Origin: Psychrobacter sp. DM4
GTDB lineage: Bacteria > Pseudomonadota > Gammaproteobacteria > Pseudomonadales > Moraxellaceae
NCBI RefSeq assembly: GCF_051307035.1
Contig: NZ_CP195536.1
Span: forward strand, 120,001-152,000
Length of the DNA stretch: 32,000 nucleotides
Reading direction: 5' to 3'
Below, in pieces: positions 1 to 11,762 of the stretch. Each line of letters opens with the position of its first letter. Within the stretch, counting starts at the first letter, position 1. Both the position numbers and the translations under genes were made by a program. Under the pieces are notes generated by a model. That model saw only the letters and a program-made list of their open reading frames with translations. It did not search any database and had not been told where the DNA came from.

Positions 1-1
1 G

Positions 2-430
2 CATCAGCTCTCAGGCGGTATGAAACAACGCGTCGCTATTGCCCGTGCGCTCATTAACGAGCCCAAGGTATTGATAATGGATGAGCCTTTTGGGGCGCTA
101 GATCCTTATACTCGGCAAAAAATGCAAAAGCATCTGCTTGATCTATGGCGCAATATTGACATTACCATCGTCTTTATTACTCATGATATGGATGAAGCGG
201 TGCTGTTGTCAGATCGTATCTTAGTTCTCAAAGCCAATCCAGGTGAAATACAAGATATCATTGAGGTGCCATTAGCGCGACCGCGTACCCCTGAGATGAT
301 GACTGATCCGCAGTTTTTAGAGATAAAATCCTATATTAATAGTGTGGTTCATAGCCCGCACATTGAGGTAGATCCGGCTTTGGTTGATTTGCCTGACATT
401 CCAAGAATGATACCTCTGGATAAAAGCTAA
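2..430 (+). CDS. ABC transporter ATP-binding protein, C-terminal part (nitrate/sulfonate/taurine NitT/TauT-like); 5' end cut by window edge
   Basis: The frame stays open upstream of the tracked Met back to base 2 ([17 protein letters not shown], the ABC signature motif). Walker [12 protein letters not shown] and H-loop FITHD follow. Stop at 428-430. Confidence 0.9.
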   Translation, partial: HQLSGGMKQRVAIARALINEPKVLIMDEPFGALDPYTRQKMQKHLLDLWRNIDITIVFITHDMDEAVLLSDRILVLKANPGEIQDIIEVPLARPRTPEMMTDPQFLEIKSYINSVVHSPHIEVDPALVDLPDIPRMIPLDKS

Positions 431-547
431 GCACGCAAAAATAAATAAGCGCTGATTACTAAACAACAGGTAACGAGTGTTTTACATACTTGGAGATAGT
501 GACTGTTATACTCTGTCATATATTCATTCCCAACTTATGATCTATCT

Positions 548-1303
548 ATGACAACGACTTCATTTACAGTGACCAGCTACAACATTCATAAAGGCATGTC
601 GCCCATGAATCGACAAGTCAAAATGCAAGGCATCGCGCAGGCGCTCGACACCATACGCGCAGATGTGATTTGCTTGCAAGAAGTTCAAGGCCAAAACCTC
701 AAACGTAATATGCAATACAACGAGTATCCTGAGCAATCGCAGCACGAGTGGTTCGGTGAATTTTTGCAGTTAGAAAACAGCTATGGCAAAAATTCAGAGT
801 ACCAAAACGGTCATCATGGTAATGCGGTTCTGAGCCGATTCCCATTAGATCCAAAACACAACGTCAATATTACCGTAAATCGATTAGAACAGCGCGGGGT
901 CTTACATTGTGAAGTGCAGCCTATTGGTTGGGACATTCCTGTCGTCATCTTGTGTGCACATCTTAATCTGTTTGAGCGCGACCGTATCAAGCAGTATGAA
1001 GCCATCAGCGACTATGTACGTAACGAGATCGCCCCTGATCAGCCATTAATTTTGGCAGGTGATTTTAACGACTGGAAAAAGATGTCTTGCGACAAATTAG
1101 CGACCAACCTTGGGATGACAGAGGCGCTTAGGTGCTGTCACGGTAAGTTACTGCCGACGTTTCCAGCTAAGCTACCAGTCCTCAGCTTAGATCGTATTTA
1201 TGTGCGTAATTTGATGATCAAGGATGCTTGGGTACACACCGGTAAGCCGTGGTCGGCGCTATCAGATCATCTGCCTATCAGTGCGACGCTGGTGTTAACA
1301 TAG
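548..1303 (+). CDS. endonuclease/exonuclease/phosphatase (EEP) family protein
   Basis: 251-aa ORF with EEP-fold landmarks: N-terminal SYNIHKG, CLQEV, GDFND and C-terminal SDHLPI. Confidence 0.8.
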   Translation: MTTTSFTVTSYNIHKGMSPMNRQVKMQGIAQALDTIRADVICLQEVQGQNLKRNMQYNEYPEQSQHEWFGEFLQLENSYGKNSEYQNGHHGNAVLSRFPLDPKHNVNITVNRLEQRGVLHCEVQPIGWDIPVVILCAHLNLFERDRIKQYEAISDYVRNEIAPDQPLILAGDFNDWKKMSCDKLATNLGMTEALRCCHGKLLPTFPAKLPVLSLDRIYVRNLMIKDAWVHTGKPWSALSDHLPISATLVLT

Positions 1304-1348
1304 TGCCTTTGAGGCGCAACGAATTGATTAGAAATATAGAGGTGGTCG

Positions 1349-2344
1349 ATGATGTCTACGCAAACTATACCCAAAACGCAGCACGCCGTACTTATCAATG
1401 AGTTTGGCGCGCCTGAGGTTATGTATTATCAGGAGGGCGTTTTAGTTCCTAAGCCAAAAGACAATCAAGTCCTTGTGAAAGTCGCTTACGCAGGTGTCAA
1501 CCCAGTCGATTACAAAACCTGTTAAGGTAGAGGCTGGAGCGCAAATACTATTCAACAGAATTAGTTTGATCATGACCGGCCTGCAATTTTAGGCTTTGAT
1601 TTGGCAGGAACGGTAGCTAAAAGTAATAGCGATACCTTTGCAGTCGGTGACAAGGTGGCAGCACTCAGCTTTAACGGACAATGCTATGCTGAGTACGTCG
1701 CCGTAGAAGCAGAATTACTTGCCAAAATACCCGAGTCTATTACTTTAGAGCAGGCAGGTGCGTTACCTTGTGTAGGACAAACGGCGTTACAGTTCGTTGA
1801 CTTCGCTGATATAAAAGCAGGCGAGCATGTGGTCATGAATGCACCTGCTGGTGGCGTTGGACAATTGGTCATCCAATTACTAATGGACAGAGTCATCAAG
1901 GATAGCCTCAAAATTACAGTTATCTGCTCACCTGATAAATACGACAAACTTGATCAGCTTATCGATAAAAACAAGCTCGCAGGTTGGATTGACTACACCA
2001 AAGACGATGACTTCCCTGATTTGCAAGCGGATGTCTTACTAGATTTAGTCGGTGACAATGCTAGCGTACGAGCGCTTGACGTGCTCAAGCCTGACGCACG
2101 CGTTTTAGTGCTTCCTACTATTTGGGTGGATAAACTAAAAGCTGCGGGCAGTGACAAAACCCTAAGCATAGAGGGCTATGCGGTCAAGCCCAATGGTCAA
2201 GACATGGCGCGTATTCTTCAAAAGATTGCTGAGGGCAAGCTAACGTTACAGATTCAACAGACCTATCCATTGTCACAAGTAGTCGATGCACACACTGACC
2301 TGCAAAAAGGCGATACCTTTGGCAAGCTAGTACTAGCAGTATAA
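1349..2344 (+). pseudogene. zinc-type/MDR NADPH:quinone oxidoreductase-like dehydrogenase, interrupted by two in-frame stop codons
   Basis: A single frame from ATG 1349 reads MMSTQTIPKTQHAVLINEFGAPEVMYYQEG...VAYAGVNPVDYKTC, then TAA (1523-1525), GRGWSANTIQQN, TAG (1562-1564), then FDHDRPAILGFDLAGTV, running into the tracked 247-aa ORF (1601-2344). That ORF carries the Rossmann motif NAPAGGVGQLVIQL. There is no frameshift. Confidence 0.75.
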
Positions 2345-2560
2345 GTTACCTTTGTACTACCTACTATTAGATATCCTTACAAAGATAATAAGTAGAAATC
2401 GTTATAGTATTTATGTGAGGGCTTAAAACTAATGGCTCTAAACTAGTGGTTTTAAAGGTTAAAGTTTTAGATATTAACTTTATAGCTATTACCTTTACAA
2501 CGACTAAGTTATAACGACTATACTTTCAACTACAAAAATTGTTACCAATAAGGATAAAAA

Positions 2561-3418
2561 ATGACAAACACACACGATGATGTAGATAACAACAAAAACG
2601 ATAGCGCTTATGTCGCTCAAGTGCGTCAAGAAATAGACGAGTGGAAAAACCCTGAACAAAACTTATTAAACAAAGCGTTAGCAGCCCTTAGTGTGCCAAT
2701 AGACAAAGCAGGGGATGCACTAATGAACGCGCCGCAGTTCGGCGACACGCTTAAGCAGGCTACTCAAAAGTCCATCGTTACTTTGAGCGATGCGGCAAAC
2801 TGGACATTGGATACTCAAGAGGTTGTAGAGGCTTATCGAACTACGTTGGACGATAGTGAATCTGTCAAGTCGATTGATGATATCGCAAAACTAGATATAG
2901 CTGACGTCGATGAACAAGTTAAACTGTTCAAAAGTAAGTATGTCGCGTTAACTAGTGCGCAAGGCATGGCAACAGGCATGGTAGGTTGGGCGGGTATTAC
3001 AGCTGACGTAATAGGACTTATTACTGCTAATTTACGTGCTATTAGTGAATACGCTACTTATTATGGCTTTGATATGAGTCAAAAGGGCGAGCAACTATTT
3101 GCCATGTCGTTGCTCGCGGTTGCAACTTCAGCTTCAGCTGATGAGCGCAAAACGGCGCTCAAAGAAACCGAGAGCCTTGTGAAAGACCCTGAAACTATGG
3201 CATTCAATAAAATAAACGAAGAGCTCATGTCACGCATACTCAGACAGACGGCAACCAAAGTCGCGACGAATATGGTTAAAACAAAAGCAGCACAGCTTAT
3301 TCCAGCAGTAGGGGCAGTTGTCGCAGGCGGCGTCAATGCCAATTATACAGCAAGCGTCTGCGAGGCTGCCTATCAATGTTACCGTGAGCGTTTTTTGGAT
3401 CGTAAAAAAGCGGTTTAA
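2561..3418 (+). CDS. EcsC family protein
   Basis: 285-aa ORF with EcsC-like organisation: N-terminal EIDEWKNPE, central glycine-rich GMATGMVGWAGITADVIGLITANLRAI, and C-terminal IPAVGAVVAGGVNANYT...YRERFL. Confidence 0.65.
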   Translation: MTNTHDDVDNNKNDSAYVAQVRQEIDEWKNPEQNLLNKALAALSVPIDKAGDALMNAPQFGDTLKQATQKSIVTLSDAANWTLDTQEVVEAYRTTLDDSESVKSIDDIAKLDIADVDEQVKLFKSKYVALTSAQGMATGMVGWAGITADVIGLITANLRAISEYATYYGFDMSQKGEQLFAMSLLAVATSASADERKTALKETESLVKDPETMAFNKINEELMSRILRQTATKVATNMVKTKAAQLIPAVGAVVAGGVNANYTASVCEAAYQCYRERFLDRKKAV

Positions 3419-4029
3419 ACCAGCATACGCCGAAAGGTTAAGCTGATACGGCCATTATCGACAGTCGTTGTTTTTGCAATGCTGTGCTTCCAAAAGGTTT
3501 GCGTTGTACCCTGCATGACTAGCAGCTGACCGGACTCAAGATAAAGCGCAACTTTATCTTGAGTTTTTTTGTGCTTAAAGATAAATTTACGCATAGCACC
3601 GAGCGATAGCGAGGCTATAATGGGTCTATCGCCCAGCTCCTTTTCATCATCTGCGTGATAGCCCATGCCATCGTTACCCGTTGGGTAATAATTAAGCAGA
3701 CAGGAATTAAAATGAACCTCGATTCCGATGTCTAGTAGTAGCTCTTCGATGAGCTGTTTCACATGAAACACAGTGTCTAACCAAGGTACACTTTGATGCG
3801 TATGACCTGAATAACGGTAACTCGTACCTTGATCACCCATCCAAACGATTTGACGGGTCGTAACATGAGTCTTGCCAAATACAGTGACGATATCAGATTG
3901 CCAAGGCAAGTCAGCTAATAAAGTCTCGTACAAGTCATGGGCATCCTCAATCACTATTCCTAAATCATTGAGAATGCCATGATAGGGCAGTAGGTTATCG
4001 TGAGGGGCGGACGGAAATAATTCAGTCAT
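3415..4029 (-). CDS. alkB: alpha-ketoglutarate/Fe(II)-dependent dioxygenase, AlkB family (DNA/RNA alkylation repair)
   Basis: 204-aa ORF with the 2OG-oxygenase facial triad context: NYYPTGNDGMGYHADDE (HxD), FWKHSI (distal His) and RISLTFRR (2OG-binding Arg). Confidence 0.85.
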   Translation of the reverse strand: MTELFPSAPHDNLLPYHGILNDLGIVIEDAHDLYETLLADLPWQSDIVTVFGKTHVTTRQIVWMGDQGTSYRYSGHTHQSVPWLDTVFHVKQLIEELLLDIGIEVHFNSCLLNYYPTGNDGMGYHADDEKELGDRPIIASLSLGAMRKFIFKHKKTQDKVALYLESGQLLVMQGTTQTFWKHSIAKTTTVDNGRISLTFRRMLV

Positions 4030-4069
4030 GATACTTTTATCCTTTGAATAAAAACCATCCTTTGATATT

Positions 4070-5002
4070 TTACTTACTACTAAAGTGTTCCAAGATCACA
4101 TCAGCACATTCTTTGGGGGCTTCTATAGGTAGCAGATGACCGTTCTCGGGCATTACGCTGAGCTGATTAGTAGGAACAAATTTTTTCCAGTTATTGCGAA
4201 CTTTGTCGCTGATAAAGATAGTTGGTTTACCAATGATAAGCTGATACGACACTTGGGTTTTCGCAAGTTTTTTGAGCGCGCCATCGATGTAGGGAATACC
4301 AAAATAATTAGCAATCTCTTGCTTGGGGCTAAATATAAAGGTATAGCGACCGTCGTCTTGTTGCATCAAGCTTTCTTTGGCAAAAAGATGCAAGTGTTCA
4401 TCAGAGATGCGCCGATAAGCGTTTTGTTCTCTCAAGTTATCATAGAGCTCCTCTATACTAACCCAAGTCGCTTTTTTGATTAAAGCGCTCTTAAAGGGTT
4501 GACGTTTAAGCTTAATACTACGAGGAATAAGCTTGTATAACAGCGCTTGAGATCTGGTAAAGGTGACAGGTTCTATCAAATACAATTGCGAAAATAGATC
4601 AGGGCGTTTAGCGGCTGCTATAGCGGTAGCAGTCGCGCCTTGCGAGTGACCGATACCGACCACAGGACCGTCTTGGGTCTGCTCCAAAAATTTGATAAGT
4701 AAATCAGCATCTTGCTCGCGGGTCAAGACTTTGGCCTCTGGTTTGTCGTACCAGTAGCCGCGCATCGCAAGTGAGCTAATCTCAAAACCCGCAGCAAGCT
4801 CGGTCAATAGCGGCTTATAATTGCCCACTGTAAAGCCATTGCCACCATAAAAATGTGCTTTGGCTCGAGGTAAATTTTCAGTAGCCGATATGTTCAATGA
4901 GCGAAGATCGTAGTAGCGTGCTTGCTTCTTCTTAAGCGTGATCGATTTTGCAAAGTCTTTCATAACAGCCCTATCCTCATATTTTTTGATGCTACCGCGC
5001 AT
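4070..5002 (-). CDS. alpha/beta-fold hydrolase
   Basis: 310-aa ORF with nucleophile elbow GIGHSQGA and a C-terminal GHLLPIE His region. It starts 3 nt after the upstream ABC exporter stop. An alternative start is Met14 (4963), which has a GAGGA-like site upstream. Confidence 0.75.
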   Translation of the reverse strand: MRGSIKKYEDRAVMKDFAKSITLKKKQARYYDLRSLNISATENLPRAKAHFYGGNGFTVGNYKPLLTELAAGFEISSLAMRGYWYDKPEAKVLTREQDADLLIKFLEQTQDGPVVGIGHSQGATATAIAAAKRPDLFSQLYLIEPVTFTRSQALLYKLIPRSIKLKRQPFKSALIKKATWVSIEELYDNLREQNAYRRISDEHLHLFAKESLMQQDDGRYTFIFSPKQEIANYFGIPYIDGALKKLAKTQVSYQLIIGKPTIFISDKVRNNWKKFVPTNQLSVMPENGHLLPIEAPKECADVILEHFSSK

Positions 5003-5005
5003 TGT

Positions 5006-6904
5006 CTAATTGTCTTCACCTAAGAACCCACCGCTTTGACGCTGCCATAGGCGTGCGTACACGCCATTGAGCGCAAGGAGTTCATCGTGGCTGCCTTGCT
5101 CTATGATTCGTCCCTGATCCATAACGACTAATCGATCGAGCGCGGCAATCGTTGAGAGACGATGTGCAATGGCGATGACCGTTTTTCCTGTCATAATATC
5201 ATTTAAACTCTCGGTAATCGCAAATTCAATCTCAGAATCAAGCGCACTGGTGGCTTCGTCCAATAATAAGATAGGTGCGTTTTTGAGCATGACGCGCGAG
5301 ATGGCGATGCGTTGACGCTGACCACCTGAGAGTTTGACCCCGCGCTCACCAACTTGAGTATCAAGACCTATATGGCCTTTGTCATCATATAAGTCTTTGA
5401 CAAAATCCCAAGCCTGCGCTTGCTTGGCGGCGATAATGATCTCATCGTCAGTGGCGTCAGGACGACCATAAGCAATGTTTTCGCGTACCGTACGATGTAA
5501 TAAAGAGGTGTCTTGCGTGACCATACCGATTTGCTGACGCAAAGACTCTTGAGTGACTTTATCAATAGCCTGTCCATCGATAAAAATAGTACCGCTATCT
5601 ACATCAAAAAATCTCAACAGTAGATTGACCAGCGTTGACTTGCCAGCGCCTGAGCGTCCAACTAGACCGATTTTTTCACCCGCTTTAATGTCTAAATAAA
5701 AATCATCTAATAATTTTGGTTGCTGAATAGTACTAGCGCGTGACTTATCTATTGTAGAGCTTTCAAGATCGTTTTCACTGTCATAAGTAAAATCAACGTG
5801 ATCAAAAACAATATTGCCTTCTGTAACTTTTAAATTCATTGCGCCAGGGTCATCAATGATCTTTTGTGGTGCTGATAGCGTACGCATACCGTCTTGTACG
5901 GTACCGATACTTTCGAACAAGGCTGCGGTCTGCCACATAATCCAGCGGGTCAGACCATTTAATCGTAATGCCATCGCAGTCGCTGCGGCGATAGCGCCAA
6001 CACCAACAGCGCCTTGTTGCCATAAGTAGAGAGCGATACCTGCGGTACTACTGATCAAAATCACACTGATAAGATGGGTTGACACCTCCAAATAACTCAC
6101 CCAGCGCATCTGTGCGTGAACCGTACCTAAGAATTGCCCCATAGCGTTTTTGGCATAGCCAAGCTCACGGCGTGAGTGACTAAACAGTTTAACCGTCATA
6201 ATATTGGCGTAAGCATCAGTAATACGTCCTACCATCAGCGCACGCGCATCTGCTTGCACAATAGCAGTGTTCTTGAGTTTGGGGATGAAGTACCAAATTG
6301 CTACTGCCACTAGAACCAACCAAATCACGAACGGTATCAGCAACAAGCTATCTAAATTAAACAAAATAACGCTGGTGGTAATAAAATAAACAGCGACATA
6401 GGTAAACATATCGGTAACGGTCAGCACCGTATCTCGAACGGCAAGCGCTGTTTGCATCACTTTGGCTGAGACGCGCCCCGAAAACTCATCTTGATAAAAC
6501 TGCATAGACTGACCAAGCATACGCTGATGAAAACGCCAGCGCATCTGCATAGGGAACACGCCTTGCAAGGTTTGAAAGTGGATTAAAGACGTCAAAGCAA
6601 TCCACACAGGACTCACTATCATCACCGCGAACATGAGCAGTAATATATCACCTTTTTCTGCCCACAATGTCGCAGGGGTATAGATACTGAGCCAATCGAC
6701 GATATTGCCAATCCAAGCAAACAGCATCGCTTCATAAACCCCAATACCTGCGGACAAAATCATAAATAATAGTAGCCAGCCACGCAGACCTTTTGTACAG
6801 GCCCATAAAAACCTCAGTAACCCATCATGAGGTGAGGGCAGCGGCATAGGAGAATCAGGAAAGGCTGGCAAGCGGGCTTCAAAAAAACGAAATAGAGCAT
6901 TCAT
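5006..6904 (-). CDS. ABC exporter, fused permease/ATPase (MsbA/multidrug-type half transporter)
   Basis: N-terminal multi-TM domain, then Walker A GRSGAGKST, signature LSGGQRQR and Walker B LLLDEATSALD. I place the start at MNALFRFFEA (ATG 6904). The tracked 34-aa upstream extension looks non-coding. Confidence 0.9.
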   Translation of the reverse strand: MNALFRFFEARLPAFPDSPMPLPSPHDGLLRFLWACTKGLRGWLLLFMILSAGIGVYEAMLFAWIGNIVDWLSIYTPATLWAEKGDILLLMFAVMIVSPVWIALTSLIHFQTLQGVFPMQMRWRFHQRMLGQSMQFYQDEFSGRVSAKVMQTALAVRDTVLTVTDMFTYVAVYFITTSVILFNLDSLLLIPFVIWLVLVAVAIWYFIPKLKNTAIVQADARALMVGRITDAYANIMTVKLFSHSRRELGYAKNAMGQFLGTVHAQMRWVSYLEVSTHLISVILISSTAGIALYLWQQGAVGVGAIAAATAMALRLNGLTRWIMWQTAALFESIGTVQDGMRTLSAPQKIIDDPGAMNLKVTEGNIVFDHVDFTYDSENDLESSTIDKSRASTIQQPKLLDDFYLDIKAGEKIGLVGRSGAGKSTLVNLLLRFFDVDSGTIFIDGQAIDKVTQESLRQQIGMVTQDTSLLHRTVRENIAYGRPDATDDEIIIAAKQAQAWDFVKDLYDDKGHIGLDTQVGERGVKLSGGQRQRIAISRVMLKNAPILLLDEATSALDSEIEFAITESLNDIMTGKTVIAIAHRLSTIAALDRLVVMDQGRIIEQGSHDELLALNGVYARLWQRQSGGFLGEDN

Positions 6905-7201
6905 AGGCAACAAACAGACATCAATAGCAATACGCCAAAACGAGCAATAGAACTTGCTGTTTTGATCTTTTACTTTTGTAATTGGGATAGCGTAGTATTT
7001 TACCAAAATTCGCTATTAGGCTTGCAGGCTAATTGTAATCTAGAATCAGACGATTTTGCATAACAAATATAAAGGTATATGAAGAGTCATACGTATGCGT
7101 ATGTACATACCCATTGCTGTTAATGAAATATATTGTTACATTCGATGCTATTTTCTTGATCCTATTGAACACCTATTTATTTTATTTGAGGATAGAGGCC
7201 A

Positions 7202-8095
7202 ATGCTGTATTTGACTATTGCGGTGCTGTGTAGTGTTGCTGTTTCGGTACTCTTAAAGGTATTGCGACATAAAGGGATAGATATCAGGCAAACTATCGTT
7301 GCTGGTTATCCCGTTGCCTTTTTACTGACACTAGTACTACTCAAGCCTGATGTCAGTGCTATCAGTACACTTGGTGGGGCATGGGGTATTATTATCGCCC
7401 TCGGTATTTTACTACCGCTAGTTTTTATCATTCTTGGTCGAGCGATTGCCACAGTAGGTATGGTCGCCACCGATGCCGCGCAGCGTTTGTCTTTGATTAT
7501 TCCCATCATTGCAGCTTTTTTATTGTTTGGTGAAGTGTTAACGGGTACGCGTATTTTTGGTTTAGCGCTCGGATTTTTGGCGCTTGGTGCGCTGGTTTAT
7601 CGTCCGCAGACCAGTATTGATAACACTCATTCAACTGCGACGGTTGCTCCTCGTACGAATAGTAGCCCTAACGCTTTTTCCAAAACGCCGCTATGGCTAT
7701 TTGGGGTGTGGGCTGGGTATGGCGTTATCGACATCTTGTTCAAGCAAGTGGCCAAGCAGGGTGCCGCCTTTGCTTTGACTTTGTTCGTAAGTTTCGGTTT
7801 GGCAGGTTTGCTGTTGTTTATCTATCTTCTTATTACGCGAGTGCGCTGGCAGGGCAAGGCATTGGCAGCAGGACTATTGCTTGGTGCGCTCAATATGGGT
7901 AACATTTATGCCTATGTGCGCGCGCATCAAGTCCTCTCTGAATCACCAAGCATCGTCTTTACGGGTATGAACGTCGGGGTTATTACCGTCGCTACCTTTA
8001 TTGGCGTTGGCGTATTCAAAGAGCACCTCAACCGCATAAACATGTTAGGAATTGTGCTCGCTATCAGTTGCGTTACCGTACTATTTTTGGCATAA
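7202..8095 (+). CDS. polytopic inner-membrane protein, probable DMT/EamA-like transporter
   Basis: 297-aa, strongly hydrophobic ORF with about 9-10 predicted TM segments. It has an EamA-like segment RLSLIIPIIAAFLLFGEVLTGTRIFGLALGFLAL and a hydrophilic central linker. Confidence 0.55.
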   Translation: MLYLTIAVLCSVAVSVLLKVLRHKGIDIRQTIVAGYPVAFLLTLVLLKPDVSAISTLGGAWGIIIALGILLPLVFIILGRAIATVGMVATDAAQRLSLIIPIIAAFLLFGEVLTGTRIFGLALGFLALGALVYRPQTSIDNTHSTATVAPRTNSSPNAFSKTPLWLFGVWAGYGVIDILFKQVAKQGAAFALTLFVSFGLAGLLLFIYLLITRVRWQGKALAAGLLLGALNMGNIYAYVRAHQVLSESPSIVFTGMNVGVITVATFIGVGVFKEHLNRINMLGIVLAISCVTVLFLA

Positions 8096-8297
8096 AAACG
8101 ACTGCTAATAACATCGTATTTTGAGGACTAAGAAGGGGTTGTTAACCGACTAAATACACGTAAACCTTATTGCTTATGATAAAGTGATTTATAATCTATC
8201 AACGATATCAGTAGCTGGGCACAAACGAATACCACTGATCAGCGCGTGCCACATATCATGATAAAATTAATACTTAATAAATAGAGGATACTAATCG

Positions 8298-9188
8298 ATG
8301 GAATACCAAAAACAACTACAACGTATAGCTGAAGGTTCAGGATTTATCGCCGCATTAGATCAAAGCGGAGGCAGTACGCCAAAGGCGTTAGAGAACTACG
8401 GCGTAAACGGCGACGCCTATGATAGCGACGATGCTATGTTCGATTTGGTACATGAGATGCGTGCTCGTATTATGACTTGTGATTGTTTTGACAATGAGCG
8501 CGTGCTGGGTGCTATTCTTTTTGAGGACACTATGGATCGCGACGTCAACGGTAAGTCGACTGCTAATTATCTGTGGGAAGATAAAAATATCGTACCCTTT
8601 TTAAAAGTAGATAAGGGCCTAGCTGAGCAAATGAGCGGCGTACAAGTGATGCGTCCGATGCCAGATTTAGACGCGCTACTAGACAAAGCGAAGAAGTATC
8701 CCGTATTTGGTACTAAGATGCGCTCTGTTATTTATGAGCCAAACGTCGACGGGATAGAGCTTGTCGTACAGCAGCAGTTCGATGTGGCCAAACAAATCCT
8801 CTCAAAAGGTTTGATGCCTATCGTTGAGCCTGAGGTCAATATTGACAGCGCGCAAAAGCATGAGTGTGAAGTGATACTCAAAACAGAGATTTTGCGTAAT
8901 CTTGAGCGCTTAGATGACGATCATCAAGTGATGCTTAAACTGACATTGCCAGAAGAAGGTAATTTTTATCAAGAGTTAGTTGATCATCCTAAAGTGCTCA
9001 AAGTCGTAGCGCTATCAGGTGGTTATAGCCGTCACGATGCTTGTGATAAGCTCAAACAAAACCTAGGTATGATAGCCAGTTTCTCACGCGCATTTACTGA
9101 AGGCTTGAGCAAACAGCAAAGTGATACAGAATTTGCCGAGACTATCGACAACTCAATCAATGAGATTTATGAAGCCTCAAAGGTATAA
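8298..9188 (+). CDS. fda: class I fructose-bisphosphate aldolase (Fda type)
   Basis: 296-aa ORF with GFIAALDQSGGSTPKAL, ILFEDTMDR, PFLKVDKGL, IVEPEVNI and LSGGYSR blocks, characteristic of the bacterial class I FBA family. Confidence 0.9.
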   Translation: MEYQKQLQRIAEGSGFIAALDQSGGSTPKALENYGVNGDAYDSDDAMFDLVHEMRARIMTCDCFDNERVLGAILFEDTMDRDVNGKSTANYLWEDKNIVPFLKVDKGLAEQMSGVQVMRPMPDLDALLDKAKKYPVFGTKMRSVIYEPNVDGIELVVQQQFDVAKQILSKGLMPIVEPEVNIDSAQKHECEVILKTEILRNLERLDDDHQVMLKLTLPEEGNFYQELVDHPKVLKVVALSGGYSRHDACDKLKQNLGMIASFSRAFTEGLSKQQSDTEFAETIDNSINEIYEASKV

Positions 9189-9219
9189 TGTAGTCTTTTA
9201 CGGCTATAAATTATCGACC

Positions 9220-9253
9220 AAAAAAAGCGCTACTCATGAGTAGCGCTTTTTTA
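9220..9253. terminator. bidirectional Rho-independent terminator between convergent fda and thiC
   Basis: Perfect palindrome AGCGCTACTC-AT-GAGTAGCGCT (9226-9247), flanked by an A-run upstream and a T-run downstream. Confidence 0.85.
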
Positions 9254-9278
9254 TGTACTAACGATTAATACTAATTTT

Positions 9279-11405
<2,127 letters not shown>

Positions 11406-11555
11406 TCACTAAATGTTCTAGTAACAGACATATTTTGCAAAACTTTAGTCACTACTTTTAATGATGGTTACGTTTCGACGCGTAATCAGCGTCAAAAGCA
11501 CAATCGTGATAAAAGGCATTTCTGCGTGACTGTCTATCTATAGATAACATAAGCT

Positions 11556-11660
11556 TAAGACTTCCCTGCGTCGGTACTAGCCGCATCAGGTTCGGCGGGT
11601 GATCTCTCAGCGAATGCACAAAGGCTTTTAGCCAGTTGCACACCGCACCCCGAGTCTGTC
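11556..11660 (-). promoter_or_regulatory. TPP (THI-box) riboswitch aptamer in the thiC leader
   Basis: The minus-strand RNA reads AGACUCGGGGUGCGG...GCUGAGAGAUCACCCGCCGAACCUGAUGCGGCUAGUACCGACGCAGGGAAGUCU. This contains the conserved GGGGUGC, CUGAGA, ACCC, GAACCUGAUC/G and CGxAGGGAA elements. A closing P1 helix AGACU/AGUCU is formed by 11653-11657 and 11558-11562. Confidence 0.92.
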
Positions 11661-11762
11661 AGTGTTGTGATTTTTTTGCTAGCAAACTTGCACTAGCGAA
11701 ATTTATAGTAACAAACTTAGCTTACGATAAACAGTTATTTGCTTAATTTGCATAAAAACGGT

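Noticed and set aside
11458-11643. A 61-aa minus-strand ORF upstream of thiC.
   Set aside because: It overlaps the TPP riboswitch aptamer and expression platform. The region is explained as a structured RNA leader, not coding sequence.
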